Shown piece by piece: positions 26,185 through 37,700 of a stretch of 40,000 bases of DNA (within the stretch, counting starts at the first letter, position 1; every line of letters starts with the position of its first letter). The DNA comes from Bacteroides phage DAC17: sequence record MT074138.1; one strand, given 5' to 3'. The notes below the pieces were generated by a model. It was not told the DNA's origin. It did not search any database and saw nothing but the letters and a program-made list of their open reading frames with translations. The position numbers were made by a program, and so were the translations under genes.

Positions 26185-26212
26185 CATAGTTTAATAATGG
26201 AGGAGAGTTTAT

Positions 26213-27361
26213 ATGGAAGGATTAGACATGGATAATATCCTGTCACCAGATGAAGTGGAAACACTGTTTACTGATGACAATACTGAAGAAACACAGGTCA
26301 CTCCACCTGCACAAGAAGGAGACAATAATAAAGATAAAACTACTGAGGTTCCACCAGTTAACCCTGATGAGTTATTTGAGGAACCAGAGAGCGTAGGTAG
26401 TGGTAAAGTAGATACACAAGGCAAAGAGAATACCAATCCTGATGAAGGTACTGGTGCTTCTCCCAAAGCTAACTTCTACTCTTCCATTGCCAGTGCTTTG
26501 AAGGAGGAAGGTATTCTCTCAGACCTTGATGATGAAACTTTAGGTAAGATTAAAACTCCAGAAGACTTTGCAGAAGCTGTGGATACTTACCTTAAGAATC
26601 AACTGGATGAGAGACAAAGAAAGATTGATGAAGCTTTACAAGTAGGTGTGGAACCTGATGAAATCAGACAGTATGAATCAACTATTCAATACTTAGATAG
26701 CATCACTGATGAAGCACTTTCAGACGAGTCTGAAAAGGGCATCAATCTAAGAAAGAAACTTATCTTCCAAGACTTCATTAATAGAGGATTCAGTCAGGAA
26801 AGAGCTAGAAGAGAGACTGACAAGTCATTCAATGCTGGTACTGATATTGAAGATGCTAAAGAAGCACGTATTAGTAATAAGGAGTACTTCAAACAGGAGT
26901 ATGATGATATTATTAATGAGGCAAAGGAGAAGGAAGAAGAACACAGAAAAGAGTTAGAGAAACAATCAAAGGAGATTAGAAAGTCTATTATTGAGGATAA
27001 GGAAATATTCCCAGGACTGGAACTTGATAAGACTACTAGAGAGAAGATATATAACTCTGTAAGTAAGCCTGTTTACAAAGACCCTGAGACAGGTGAGTAT
27101 CTAACTGCTGTTCAGAAGTATCAAAGAGATAACAAAGTTGACTTCACTAAGAAGCTTGGACTATTGTTTACTCTTACTGATGGCTTCACTAACTTAGACA
27201 AATTAGTCAAACCAACTGCTAAGAAGCAGGTTAAACAGAGTCTGAGAGAGCTGGAACACACTATCAACACTACTAGAAGGAACACAGATGGAAGTCTGAA
27301 CTTTATAACAGGTGTTAGTGATGACCCAGATTCTAAAGCTAGTTGGGAACCTGACGTATAA
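26213..27361 (+). CDS. Scaffold/capsid assembly protein-like (acidic, helical)
   Basis: Immediately upstream of MCP; acidic coiled-coil composition. Confidence 0.55.
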   Translation: MEGLDMDNILSPDEVETLFTDDNTEETQVTPPAQEGDNNKDKTTEVPPVNPDELFEEPESVGSGKVDTQGKENTNPDEGTGASPKANFYSSIASALKEEGILSDLDDETLGKIKTPEDFAEAVDTYLKNQLDERQRKIDEALQVGVEPDEIRQYESTIQYLDSITDEALSDESEKGINLRKKLIFQDFINRGFSQERARRETDKSFNAGTDIEDAKEARISNKEYFKQEYDDIINEAKEKEEEHRKELEKQSKEIRKSIIEDKEIFPGLELDKTTREKIYNSVSKPVYKDPETGEYLTAVQKYQRDNKVDFTKKLGLLFTLTDGFTNLDKLVKPTAKKQVKQSLRELEHTINTTRRNTDGSLNFITGVSDDPDSKASWEPDV

Positions 27362-27391
27362 AGATAAAAATAACTGTTAAATGATTAAATT

Positions 27392-28912
27392 ATGGCTGGA
27401 AAATTAAGTAAATTCCAAATGATTGGTTTTCAACACTGGAAAGGGTTGACTACTGAGAATCACTTAGGTGCTATCTTCCAAAGAGCACCACAGAAGGCAA
27501 CTAACTTAATGGTGCAACTGCTAGCTTTTCACAGAGGAAAGACACTTGATACATTCCTAAGTTCATTCCCTACAAAGACATTTGAGGATGATAGTGAATA
27601 CTACTGGGATGTTATTGGTAGCTCAAGAAGAAACATTCCTCTTATTGAAGCTAGAGATGAGAATGGTGTAGTAATCACTGCTGCTTCAGGTAATGTAGGT
27701 GTAGGTGGTGCTCCTTTCTATCTAGTGTTCCCAGAAGACTGGTTTGCTGATGGTGAAGTTATTGTTGGTAACTTGAATCAAGTATATCCACAAAGACTGT
27801 TAGGAGATGGCAGACCTGAAGGTTCAAACCATGTATATAAGGTAGAACTTATGGGTGGCAACAGCAAGGGTATCCCTGCTGAGAGACTGCTTGCAGGTGA
27901 AAGATACTCTGTAGAATTTGCTCCTGTTGAGAGAGAACTTTCTAGAAAGGTTGGTGACATCAGATTCACTTCTCCTGTTTCTATGAGAAATGAATGGACT
28001 ACTATCAGAATCCAACACAAGACCCCAGGTTCTATGCTTGATAGAAAGCTTGCCTTTGGTATCCCTATGGTACACAGAGATGAAGCTGGTAGACAAGTTA
28101 AGGATACTGCAAACAAGTGGATGCACTATGTAGAGTGGGAAGTTGAATGTCAGTTTGATGAATACAAGAACAATGCAATGGCATTTGGTACATCTAACAG
28201 AAATATCAATGGTGAATACATGAACTTTGGTAAGTCTGGTAATGTTATCAAGACTGGTGCAGGTATCTTTGAACAAACTGAAGTAGCTAATACCATGTAT
28301 TACAATGATACTAATGGTGTAATGAAGCTATTACTGGATGCTCTATATGAACTGTCTGCTGGTAAGTTAGGATTTGGTGACAGACGCTTCATCATCAAGA
28401 CTGGTGAAAGAGGTGCATTACTGTTTAACCAAGAAGCTAAGAAGACTACTTCAGGCTGGATGCCTATCATCTCAACTCAGAACCCTGCAATCTATCAGAA
28501 GGTTCAAAGTAACTTTGCTCAGAATGCTATTGCAGTTACTGACTATCAAGTTACTGAATGGAGAGCTCCTAATGGTGTTGTTGTAACACTGGATGTTGAC
28601 CCATTCTATGATGACCCAGTAAGAAACAAGATTCTTCACCCACAGGGTGGTGTAGCATTCTCTTACAGATTTGATATTTGGTATATTGGTACTATGGACC
28701 AACCTAATATCCAGAAGTGTGCTATCAAGGGTCAGACTGAGTTTAGAGGTTACCAATGGGGCTTCAGAAATCCATTTACTGGACAGATGAATAACCCTAA
28801 TATGTCCTATGATGAAGACAGTGCTGTTATTCACAGAATGGCTACTCTAGGTACATTGGTATTAGACCCAACTAGAACAATGTCACTTATCCCTGCTATC
28901 CTGCAAGGGTAA
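27392..28912 (+). CDS. Major capsid protein (crAss-like)
   Basis: 506-aa protein; sequence features recognised as crAss-like MCP; own terminator. Confidence 0.85.
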   Translation: MAGKLSKFQMIGFQHWKGLTTENHLGAIFQRAPQKATNLMVQLLAFHRGKTLDTFLSSFPTKTFEDDSEYYWDVIGSSRRNIPLIEARDENGVVITAASGNVGVGGAPFYLVFPEDWFADGEVIVGNLNQVYPQRLLGDGRPEGSNHVYKVELMGGNSKGIPAERLLAGERYSVEFAPVERELSRKVGDIRFTSPVSMRNEWTTIRIQHKTPGSMLDRKLAFGIPMVHRDEAGRQVKDTANKWMHYVEWEVECQFDEYKNNAMAFGTSNRNINGEYMNFGKSGNVIKTGAGIFEQTEVANTMYYNDTNGVMKLLLDALYELSAGKLGFGDRRFIIKTGERGALLFNQEAKKTTSGWMPIISTQNPAIYQKVQSNFAQNAIAVTDYQVTEWRAPNGVVVTLDVDPFYDDPVRNKILHPQGGVAFSYRFDIWYIGTMDQPNIQKCAIKGQTEFRGYQWGFRNPFTGQMNNPNMSYDEDSAVIHRMATLGTLVLDPTRTMSLIPAILQG

Positions 28913-28919
28913 ACATACA

Positions 28920-28950
28920 GGGGAAGGTTAACCCCTTCCCCTTTCTTTTT
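28920..28950 (+). terminator. Intrinsic terminator ggggaagg-ttaacc-ccttcccc-tttcttttt
   Basis: 8-bp stem and T tail right after the MCP stop. Confidence 0.85.
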
Positions 28951-28975
28951 ATAATAACTATTGGAGAAGTATAAT

Positions 28976-29962
28976 ATGGGAAGTAAAGTAGTAGAAGAGA
29001 TGTTGGATGATGATGCTATCAATGAAACAACAGCAATCATTCCACAGTTAGAGGAGCCTGAAGTAGAGGCTAAACCTAGAAAAAAGAACACAGCAGTAGC
29101 TAAGTCAAATGAGCTACAGAGCTGCTTAAGAAATGAAAGAATTATTGTAAGATATGTACCTAAAGAGAGTGGGCTTGTAACTAACCCTAAACATATTCTT
29201 TATGGTGGTATGGCTGAGAATGCAGTTAAGTACTTCACAGTACCCCAACTAGAGTCAGGCAGACTGATTAACATACTTACAGATGAAGAGAAAGAGTTCC
29301 TTGAAGACATAATGGGTCTTGAATACAATGCTCTTTCAATCTACAAAAAAGAAGGAAACTATTGGTCAAACAGACAAGTAAGACTGCTTAAAACAGATAA
29401 CATCTTAGACCTGTCTGACCCTGAACAATATATCAAGTATAAGATTCTGCTAGCTAATAAGGATGAGATTGCTCCATCACTTCAAGCATTAATGGATTCA
29501 CCCAAAGCTACATACAAGTATGTGTGTATTAAGGAAGGTGAAGAAACATCATCTGCAAGACAGGAAATGTCAGCTACTATGCAGGCTTATATGGAATATG
29601 GTAAGTTTGAGAATGATGCAGACACCTTAAGAACTATTATTGAGACTATTGATGGTAGACCTCTTGCTGCATCTACTAAGATTGAGTTCTTACAAACTAA
29701 GATTAACAAGCTTATCCAAGCTGATGCCAAGCTGTTCTTAAGAGTTATTACAGACCCATTGTTATCAAACAAGGTACTTATTAAGAGTGCAGTTGAAAAG
29801 GGTCTCATCTCTAATAGAGGAGGTTACTTCTACTTAAAAGAAGATGGTTCTCCTATGTGTGGTAATGGTGAAGACCCAACACTGAATACAGCAGCTAAGT
29901 TCATAGGCTTACCTAAGAACCAGAATATTAAATTCAGCTTAGAGGCTAAACTAAAACAGTAG
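28976..29962 (+). CDS. Structural/head-associated hypothetical protein
   Basis: Long ORF after MCP; track start TTG 28961, ATG 28976 (MGSKVVEEM) preferred. Confidence 0.55.
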   Translation: MGSKVVEEMLDDDAINETTAIIPQLEEPEVEAKPRKKNTAVAKSNELQSCLRNERIIVRYVPKESGLVTNPKHILYGGMAENAVKYFTVPQLESGRLINILTDEEKEFLEDIMGLEYNALSIYKKEGNYWSNRQVRLLKTDNILDLSDPEQYIKYKILLANKDEIAPSLQALMDSPKATYKYVCIKEGEETSSARQEMSATMQAYMEYGKFENDADTLRTIIETIDGRPLAASTKIEFLQTKINKLIQADAKLFLRVITDPLLSNKVLIKSAVEKGLISNRGGYFYLKEDGSPMCGNGEDPTLNTAAKFIGLPKNQNIKFSLEAKLKQ

Positions 29963-29965
29963 ACT

Positions 29966-30640
29966 ATGAATCATATTGAGTTTTCAAGTGAGTTTGATAT
30001 ACTTTATAATAATATAATGTCCAATGCTGCTCCTGGACTCAATGAATATGAGAAATCAGTATTCCTAACTCAAGCTCAAGAGCAGACAGTTATTGAAGCC
30101 TATACAGGTGATAACAATAACAGCAGCTTTGAAAGAACTGAGGAGGTAAGAAGGTACTTGAGTGAATTAGTAAAGACCTATATTACAGACACTAAAGAGT
30201 CTGGAACAGGTCTTTCTACTAACTCAGTATTCTTTAAGATACCTGATGACATCTGGTATGTGACTTATGAATCAGTCAAACTGCTAGATGATAATCTAGG
30301 TTGCAAGAATGGAAGTGAAGCTCTTGTATTTCCTACTACTCAAGATGAGTACTGGAGATTATCCAAGAACCCTTTCAGAGGTCCTTCAGACAGCAGAGTA
30401 TTGAGATTGGATAATAGCTCTAATATAATAGAGCTAATTTCAAAATACAACATAAACACCTATCTGATTAGATACTTAGTTCAACCAAGTCCAATCATAT
30501 TGGATGACCTTTCTAGTTATGATATGACCATTAATGGTGTATCAGAGATAACAGAATGTAAATTAAATCCTGTATTGCACAGAGTTATATTAACTAGAGC
30601 TGTGACACTTGCTAAGCTAGCATATATAGGTAAAGAATAA
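29966..30640 (+). CDS. Hypothetical head/connector protein
   Basis: Complete ORF in structural operon. Confidence 0.55.
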   Translation: MNHIEFSSEFDILYNNIMSNAAPGLNEYEKSVFLTQAQEQTVIEAYTGDNNNSSFERTEEVRRYLSELVKTYITDTKESGTGLSTNSVFFKIPDDIWYVTYESVKLLDDNLGCKNGSEALVFPTTQDEYWRLSKNPFRGPSDSRVLRLDNSSNIIELISKYNINTYLIRYLVQPSPIILDDLSSYDMTINGVSEITECKLNPVLHRVILTRAVTLAKLAYIGKE

Positions 30641-30667
30641 TATTGTTTAATTAAACTTTGAATTAAA

Positions 30668-31660
30668 ATGGCAACATTTTCAGTGAATCAAGTAAGACAT
30701 TTATATGTCGCAAAAGCTCTAAAGGCTTCTACAGCAGCTCTAACTACTGCTGGAGATATCCTGCCTAAAGCAGATACAGCTAAGACTACTATGTACTTTC
30801 AGTACTTCAGTCCTGCTGGTGTAGTTGAGTCTAGTGATAAGATTACTATAGCCAACATTGAATATGCAAAGGCAACATCTTCTGAAGCAATGGCTAAGAA
30901 ACTGGATAGATACCAAGTAGTATTGGATGCTACTGTTAATGGTGGTGCACCAGTTGCAGGACAGGATTACATTCTGAGACTTGCTTTCAGACAATATGTA
31001 GGTCTGTCTCCTGAAGACCAATACTGGAAATATGGTATGGTTCATGCTTATAGTGGCATGACTGCATCAGATTTCTATAAGGCTATGGCTATCTCATTAG
31101 CTAAGAACTTAGCTAGAGAACTAACCCCTCTAGTTACTATCTACCTTATGGAGGGTTCTACTCCAACAGTAATTGACATTGATACAGACCCAGCAACTCT
31201 AACAGGTACTTATACCTCTATTCAGATTGAGCAAGTAGCTCAGGAATGGATTCTTGGTACTATGCCTCAGGGTTATATTCCTTTCTCTGTTCAACCTACT
31301 AATATCACATTTGAAGGTGATAACAGAATCTGGGGTGAAGTAACTACTGTAACTCCTGTCAATGAAGTACAGAATGGTCATGTTGTAGCTGACATGGAAT
31401 ACTTCTTTGTTGGTGCAAGAGGTGACATCTACAGAAACATGGGATGGCCTAATGTTATTCATACTACTTATCTGGTTGACCCAACTCAGAAGTATGATAC
31501 ATTAGATATCCATTACTACTGGGCAGGTGGTGCAGAAGATGTACAGAAGTCTCCTAGAACTATCACTTTAGTAGCAGTAGATGATGGTAGTCACACAGCA
31601 ATGAATGCTCTTATTGCAGCAATCAACACTGCTTCTGGACTGACTATTGCAACTCTCTAA
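30668..31660 (+). CDS. Auxiliary capsid/structural protein (crAss-like, tentative)
   Basis: 330 aa; MATFSVNQVRHLYVAKAL...; size and position in crAss-like gene order; strong terminator after it. Confidence 0.6.
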   Translation: MATFSVNQVRHLYVAKALKASTAALTTAGDILPKADTAKTTMYFQYFSPAGVVESSDKITIANIEYAKATSSEAMAKKLDRYQVVLDATVNGGAPVAGQDYILRLAFRQYVGLSPEDQYWKYGMVHAYSGMTASDFYKAMAISLAKNLARELTPLVTIYLMEGSTPTVIDIDTDPATLTGTYTSIQIEQVAQEWILGTMPQGYIPFSVQPTNITFEGDNRIWGEVTTVTPVNEVQNGHVVADMEYFFVGARGDIYRNMGWPNVIHTTYLVDPTQKYDTLDIHYYWAGGAEDVQKSPRTITLVAVDDGSHTAMNALIAAINTASGLTIATL

Positions 31661-31672
31661 GAGTTAAAGTAT

Positions 31673-31708
31673 AAAGAGCATAGATTAACCCTATGCTCTT
31701 TTTTTTTT
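31673..31708 (+). terminator. Intrinsic terminator aaagagcatag-attaacc-ctatgctcttt-ttttttt
   Basis: Perfect stem and long T run. Confidence 0.9.
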
Positions 31709-31727
31709 ATCCACTAATAATAAAACT

Positions 31728-32366
31728 ATGCTACAATTTAACGAACTTAGAATCAGTCAGGATGGCAAGTATCTAATTATAGATGCATCCATTGCTGAAA
31801 CATACTGTGCAAACAATGTACAGATAGATAGTGTAGTTATTGATACACAGGATACTTATGTAACCACTGGTCCTAGTGATAAGCCTATATACACCTATAG
31901 CTTAGGTGACTCAGTTGATTTAACCTACTCTTTACCTGAACAATGTAACTGTAATCCAGTGCTTGAAGATGAAGACAAGTCTTACTGCTTTACCTATGGA
32001 GAAGGTAATAAGAATGTAAGACTGAAGTTAAGCAAAGAGGACTTAGGCATGCCACTAGATGATAATATGTTCTTTGTATACATAATACCTTCTGGTAATA
32101 TTACATATCCCTATGAAGCAGTACCTTATATAATGGGCACTGTAACTAACCTTTTCCCTATCTACCAAAACCTCATGAAGGGTGTTAAAGAGATAGAGAA
32201 GAAGTGTGATATACCTAAGTGTTTTATAGATGGAATGCTAAGACTAAAGGCACTAGAGCTGTGTATTAGAACTAATAACTATCCACAAGCTATTAAGTAT
32301 TGGAACAAGTTCTTTAAGAATAAACTGGGTACTAACAGAGTAACTAATTGCAGTTGTTATGCATGA
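31728..32366 (+). CDS. Head-tail connector/ring protein candidate
   Basis: Complete ORF; synteny with crAss-like tail ring genes. Confidence 0.5.
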   Translation: MLQFNELRISQDGKYLIIDASIAETYCANNVQIDSVVIDTQDTYVTTGPSDKPIYTYSLGDSVDLTYSLPEQCNCNPVLEDEDKSYCFTYGEGNKNVRLKLSKEDLGMPLDDNMFFVYIIPSGNITYPYEAVPYIMGTVTNLFPIYQNLMKGVKEIEKKCDIPKCFIDGMLRLKALELCIRTNNYPQAIKYWNKFFKNKLGTNRVTNCSCYA

Positions 32367-32703
32367 GATTGATAACTTATCCTATGATGCCATAGTTAAG
32401 TACTTCAATGCTCTATCCCAGTTTGGCTATAAGAGCTATAGTGATGTATCTAAACTAATGGCACTACTCACTCTAGGAGATATGCTTCATGTCTTCAATG
32501 AGTATATAACTGAGAAAGACCTTAGAGCTATAATCAATGCTGTTTATTGCTTAAGTGGCACTACCTGTCTTATAGACTTTCCTGAGTTCAGTGGTAATGA
32601 AGATAGCTTGGTTCATCAAACTAAGTTGTGCTTCACAGCCAGAGTAACTGAGGATAACAGGTTCAGAGTAACTGAAGATGACCTACTTAGAGCTAAAGCA
32701 TAA
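32359..32703 (+). CDS. 114-aa hypothetical protein
   Basis: Complete ORF overlapping the previous stop. Confidence 0.5.
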   Translation: MHEIDNLSYDAIVKYFNALSQFGYKSYSDVSKLMALLTLGDMLHVFNEYITEKDLRAIINAVYCLSGTTCLIDFPEFSGNEDSLVHQTKLCFTARVTEDNRFRVTEDDLLRAKA

Positions 32704-32737
32704 TATTTATAGCCAGTAAATAAAACCAGTAAGACCC

Positions 32738-32768
32738 TTGTGTAGGTGAGTTTAATTACTTATCTTTG
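32738..32768 (+). promoter_or_regulatory. Bacteroidetes-type promoter (-33 TTG 32738-32740, -7 TATCTTTG 32761-32768)
   Basis: TTG-N20-TATCTTTGCA. Confidence 0.8.
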
Positions 32769-32799
32769 CACAAGGGTTTAATTATATAACAGTAACACT

Positions 32800-33489
32800 A
32801 TGGCTAAATTAAATGAGATTATATATATGTGCATGGATGAGCTAAAGCTCTCCAGTGATGATAGTTACTTCACAAGTGACCACATCAGGTTCTTACTATC
32901 CAAGTATAGGAGTTTCCTACTTAAGCAGAGATACTCAGATATAAAGAAGGCTATACCTGATTCTAACATCAGCACTATTTGTTTGGACCTTATAGAAGTG
33001 CCTGCAATATCTGGAGAAGCCTGTGAAGGAGGTTCCTATCTAAGAACTTCATCTAAGGTTCCATTCATGATGAATATAAAGATGCCTAGAGTGTATCCAG
33101 TAGATTACTATCAAGGTGAAATCACTTATGTGAGTAGGGATAGAATGAAGTATGTAGGTTACAATAAGTACTTATCTAATATCATCTATTGTTCACTAGC
33201 ACCTGATAACTACATATACTTCAAGTCAGCTAATCCTCAATATCTGTACCTTGAGAAGGTTAGAATCAGTGCAGTCTTTACTGACTTTGAGGAGACCTTC
33301 CACCTACAATGTAATGAAGATGGGACTATATGTGATATTGATGATATGGAGTTCCCTATTGAATCTAACCTTATTCCACCTCTTATTGAGCTTGTGGTTA
33401 AAGAGCTGAGAACATCTGAGTATGCACCAGAAGACAACAGCAATAATGCACATGATGATTTAGGTGATATAACAGCAGGTAAGAGATGA
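32800..33489 (+). CDS. Tail tubular/adaptor protein-like (P22 gp4-like, tentative)
   Basis: 229 aa; position and helical N terminus typical of connector adaptor. Confidence 0.5.
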   Translation: MAKLNEIIYMCMDELKLSSDDSYFTSDHIRFLLSKYRSFLLKQRYSDIKKAIPDSNISTICLDLIEVPAISGEACEGGSYLRTSSKVPFMMNIKMPRVYPVDYYQGEITYVSRDRMKYVGYNKYLSNIIYCSLAPDNYIYFKSANPQYLYLEKVRISAVFTDFEETFHLQCNEDGTICDIDDMEFPIESNLIPPLIELVVKELRTSEYAPEDNSNNAHDDLGDITAGKR

Positions 33490-34043
33490 CACTAGAAGAG
33501 TTCAGACATAAGACATTAGGGCTGGATAAACCTAGAGTACATAAAGTCAGAGGCTCACTAGGTGTATATAATGGATTCAAGTATTATAGAAAGAACAGAC
33601 CTAAAGACCATAAATATGTACTCACTGAATCACAGTATTTCAGTATCACCAGAAGAGTAAATGATATACTGGCTAATATGCTAATCAATGGTGAGGATGT
33701 ACAGTTCCCTCATATGATGGGTAGATTAGAGATAAGAAAGAATGATAGGAAGGTTAAGATAGGAGCTAATGGTGAAGTTATAACTAACCTTCCTATAGAT
33801 TGGGATAAGACACTAAGACTGTGGTATGAAGATGATGAAGCTAGACTTGCTAAGACATTAGTCAGAGTAGAGGAAAGAGAGATATTCAAAGTGTATTATA
33901 ATAGAGGCAAGGCTAATTATAATAACAAATCATACTATGAGTTCAGTGTTAACAGGGACCTCAAGAAGAGACTCAAGCAGAGAATCAAAGAGGGTAAGAT
34001 AGAAGCAATGTACTTAGATAAAAACAAAAGATATGCTGAATAA
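33486..34043 (+). CDS. Structural protein with HU/IHF-like strand pattern (tentative)
   Basis: INGEDVQFPHMMGRLEIRKNDRKVKIGANG resembles the HU G..V..P..G.L motif. Confidence 0.45.
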   Translation: MTLEEFRHKTLGLDKPRVHKVRGSLGVYNGFKYYRKNRPKDHKYVLTESQYFSITRRVNDILANMLINGEDVQFPHMMGRLEIRKNDRKVKIGANGEVITNLPIDWDKTLRLWYEDDEARLAKTLVRVEEREIFKVYYNRGKANYNNKSYYEFSVNRDLKKRLKQRIKEGKIEAMYLDKNKRYAE

Positions 34044-34731
34044 TTTCAATTATATAAACATCAGAGAGATAGCCAGCAGGTTAATGAGACATCCTCTTAT
34101 GCAGGACTTAACTCTGGAAACTGTGATACAATATACAGTAGACTTCATTGGTGTTGTTGGTCTCAACCCTGTATACTTTGATAAGGTAGAGGAGTTAGAA
34201 ATCAACAACTATAGAGCAGCTTTACCTTGTGACTGTGTATCTATAGTACAGGTTAAAGATAAGAAGAGTAATGTATGTCTGAGATCATCTACAGACTCAT
34301 TTCGTACTAAAGAAGCAAGAGGTCATTTACATAGGGAAGAGAGTACATTCAAGACTCAAAACAGTGTAATCTATACTACATTTAAGGAGGGTAAGATTGA
34401 AATAGCTTATAAGGCTATACCTGTTGATGAGGAGGGTATTCCTATGATTCCTGATAACTCTAAGTTCTTAAGAGCATTAGAAGCATTCATTAAGAAAGAG
34501 TGGTTCAGCATACTATTTGATCTGGGTAAGATTCAGCCAGCTGTACTACAGAATATACAACAAGAGTATGCATGGAGAGTAGGTCAAATGAATATGGAAT
34601 TTACATTACCTTCTGTATCAGAGATGGAGTCTATCAGCAATATGCTTAATCAGCTTATACCTAGAACTAATGAGTTCAGAAAGGGATTCAAGAATCTAGG
34701 TAATAGAGAATATATGAGAGACCAAAGATAG
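34033..34731 (+). CDS. Tail ring/stabilisation protein candidate
   Basis: 232 aa; adjacent to the giant tail gene in conserved order. Confidence 0.5.
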   Translation: MLNNFNYINIREIASRLMRHPLMQDLTLETVIQYTVDFIGVVGLNPVYFDKVEELEINNYRAALPCDCVSIVQVKDKKSNVCLRSSTDSFRTKEARGHLHREESTFKTQNSVIYTTFKEGKIEIAYKAIPVDEEGIPMIPDNSKFLRALEAFIKKEWFSILFDLGKIQPAVLQNIQQEYAWRVGQMNMEFTLPSVSEMESISNMLNQLIPRTNEFRKGFKNLGNREYMRDQR

Positions 34732-34739
34732 GAGGAGAT

Positions 34740-37700
34740 ATGATTAAACAAGAGATACATCAAATCAGGGGTATGCAGAGGGACTTAACTGTAGCTAAGT
34801 TTAGTCCTGAGTTTGCTTTTGATGCAATGAATATAAGAATAACAGCCAGAGAGAATGATACTCTATTGGCTGTTACTAATGAGAAGGGTACTCTGAATAT
34901 CCCTCTTCTCTCTAATGGAGAGCCTGCTGAGATACTAGGTGTAACATTAGGTTATTGTGTAATCAAGAACTACATTACTGTGTTTACTAAAGGTGATGTA
35001 GATAGGATATACAGGATAAATAGGGATGGAGATATATTCAACATTGTTACATTGTTTGAAGGTGATTTGAACTTTAATACAGACTATCCTATCCAAACTC
35101 TTGGCTCATATGAGAATGATAATATTCAGAAGGTATATTGGGTAGATGGTATTAATCAACCTAGAATGGTTAATATAGTAGCTGACCAGGGTGAATATAA
35201 TAGCCCTGATAAGTTCAACTTCATTAGAGATGTCTCAGTTAACTACACTGTGAATGTAGAGAAAGACCCTAATGGATCAGGCAGCTTTCATTCAGGTGTG
35301 ATTCAGTATGCCCTTTCCTATTATGTTAAGTATGCACAGGAGAGTGCTGTATTTTATGCTTCTCCATTATTATATATTAGCCCTGATGGTAGAGGTGGCT
35401 CACTTGAGGAGATATGTAATTGTACATTCAAGGTAACTATTAATGATGCTGATATTAACTTTGATGGAGTTAATATATACTCTATTCAAAGAACATCATT
35501 AGATGCTACTCCAACAGTTAAATTGATTACCAGCTTACCTATTGTTAAAGGGCAGGAGCTTATATTAGGTGTACCTTATATAGGTACTGGAAGTGTAACT
35601 GGAGTTACAGAAGAGGGTCTACAGGTATATAGGAATAATACACTCACACCTTTAAGTAATTATCCATTTACCACTGACTCTGAAGGAAATAAGGTATGGT
35701 CATTCACCTTCAATACAGGAACTGATGGTATATTCAATGCTACTTCTGGTGTTAATATGTACAATGCCAGTTCAATGACTGTGAGAATTGGACCTACTAA
35801 GAATGAGATAACCTTTCCTACTAACACATATACTGATTGGAGCTGTAGATTAAGTACTTCCAAGACTATATCATTTGTAGATAATGGCAGTGTAGGTACA
35901 ACTATAGACCCTACTGAGTTGTTATATAAGGGGGGTGAGGAGGTTATTCCTTATACTATTACACAGAAGGATAACACACTATTTCTTGGTAACTTGACAT
36001 TAAAGAGAAGGTCTATTCCTGAAGATATAAGAGCAGAAATCAAGAACCTTAATGTAGGCTCTGGTAGTAAGAATTCAGTATATGTCAATAATAGCAATAA
36101 TGCTATTTATCCATATAAAGGTTATCTTAATCTTGATAGTCAACAGGCTACTTCTTTTAAGACAGGAGAGACATATAGACTTGGTTTAATAGCCATGCAT
36201 AAGACTGGTAAGTGGTCAGAAGCTTTGCCTATCAGTGATGAAGTGATGACTAGTAGAGTCATTAATTCATTTGAGCAGTGGTATCAGTTAACACAGTTCA
36301 GTTCTCTTTTACCTGCAAGTTTATGTCAGGAGTTACTTGACTTAGACTATATAGCTGTTAAACCAGTAGTAGTATTTCCCTCATATTCAGATAGAACTGT
36401 ACTATGTCAGGGTATTGCTTGTCCTACAAACTATATTGGGGATGATAGGAAGAACAACTCTCCCTATGCCCAGTCTTCTTGGTTTGCAAGACCTAAATTA
36501 TATGTAGATAAGAGTGTATATGATGTACAGGAAACTACAGTGCAAGGTACTATACCTAAATCAGGTCATGGTGATGTTGTTGGCAGCAAGACACCACAAT
36601 CAAACAAGTACTCTATAGAAGTGCAATCAGCTGTAAGAGTGTTTGTAGATGAGAATATCTTCACATTCCACTCACCTGATATTGAGTTTGATGAAGCACT
36701 TAGACCATTGTTATCTAATGCTAAGATGAGGGTAGTAGGCTTAGCTAAGACTATTAGTAATGCTATTGATTACTCTATAGTTGGTGGAAACTACTTTAGG
36801 ACAAGTCATACAACTAACTACCCATACTCAGTAGTAGAATATGATTATAGTAAGTTATATAATATCTATAATCCTCTAGGATATAGAAGATTAGTAGCTG
36901 CTCCATTATGGAGAGATGGTGTCATTGCAGTTAATAATAATCCTGAATCAGATGAAGTAGTTACTGATGATAGAGGTAGATTATACTCTGCACATATGAC
37001 ATTCCCTTGGCATAGAGATACCTCACTGAATAATGACTTTAGAGGCTATGATGGTACTGCTATATTAAGAAAGAAGGTCATGTCTACCATGCTCTACACA
37101 AGTACAGAGTATCTTGGCTATACTAGATATTATAACTTTGAGGAGGATAATGACACATATAGAACAGGTATTAGTGGTATAACTGTAGTAGACTCTAATG
37201 AGGTAACCATAGAGAGAATACCTGTACCTAAATATAGTACTGATTCAGAGCAAGCTGTTTATCAAGGTAACTATAATAGTGTAGTCATTAATACAGATGA
37301 GACTTCTGGTGCTATATCCAGTTATGCTCTTTATGGAGCTGGGACTAGTGAACAAGATGCTACAGCTAACTGGAACTTCTTCTACAATAATGAGTACATG
37401 GCAACTAGAACAGATGCTGGAGAATTTCCATATCAGACTGATGGATGGATAACTTATCCAAAAAGGTTCTCAACAGATGGGGTTAGTATGAAGTACAAAT
37501 CAACTGCCCATGCAGTTATAAGGTTCAATAATAACAGGTTATATAATCCTGTGGTACTTCCAGCTATTTCTAGAGCTGACCAAGGTATTTATGGAACAGT
37601 TACTCCTAACTATCCTCCAGTATCTAATACCATTACTATCAACTATAAGAGCAGCACTCAGCCTATAGGAGCTCTATCAGGTCAGAGGTGGTTCAAGTTA

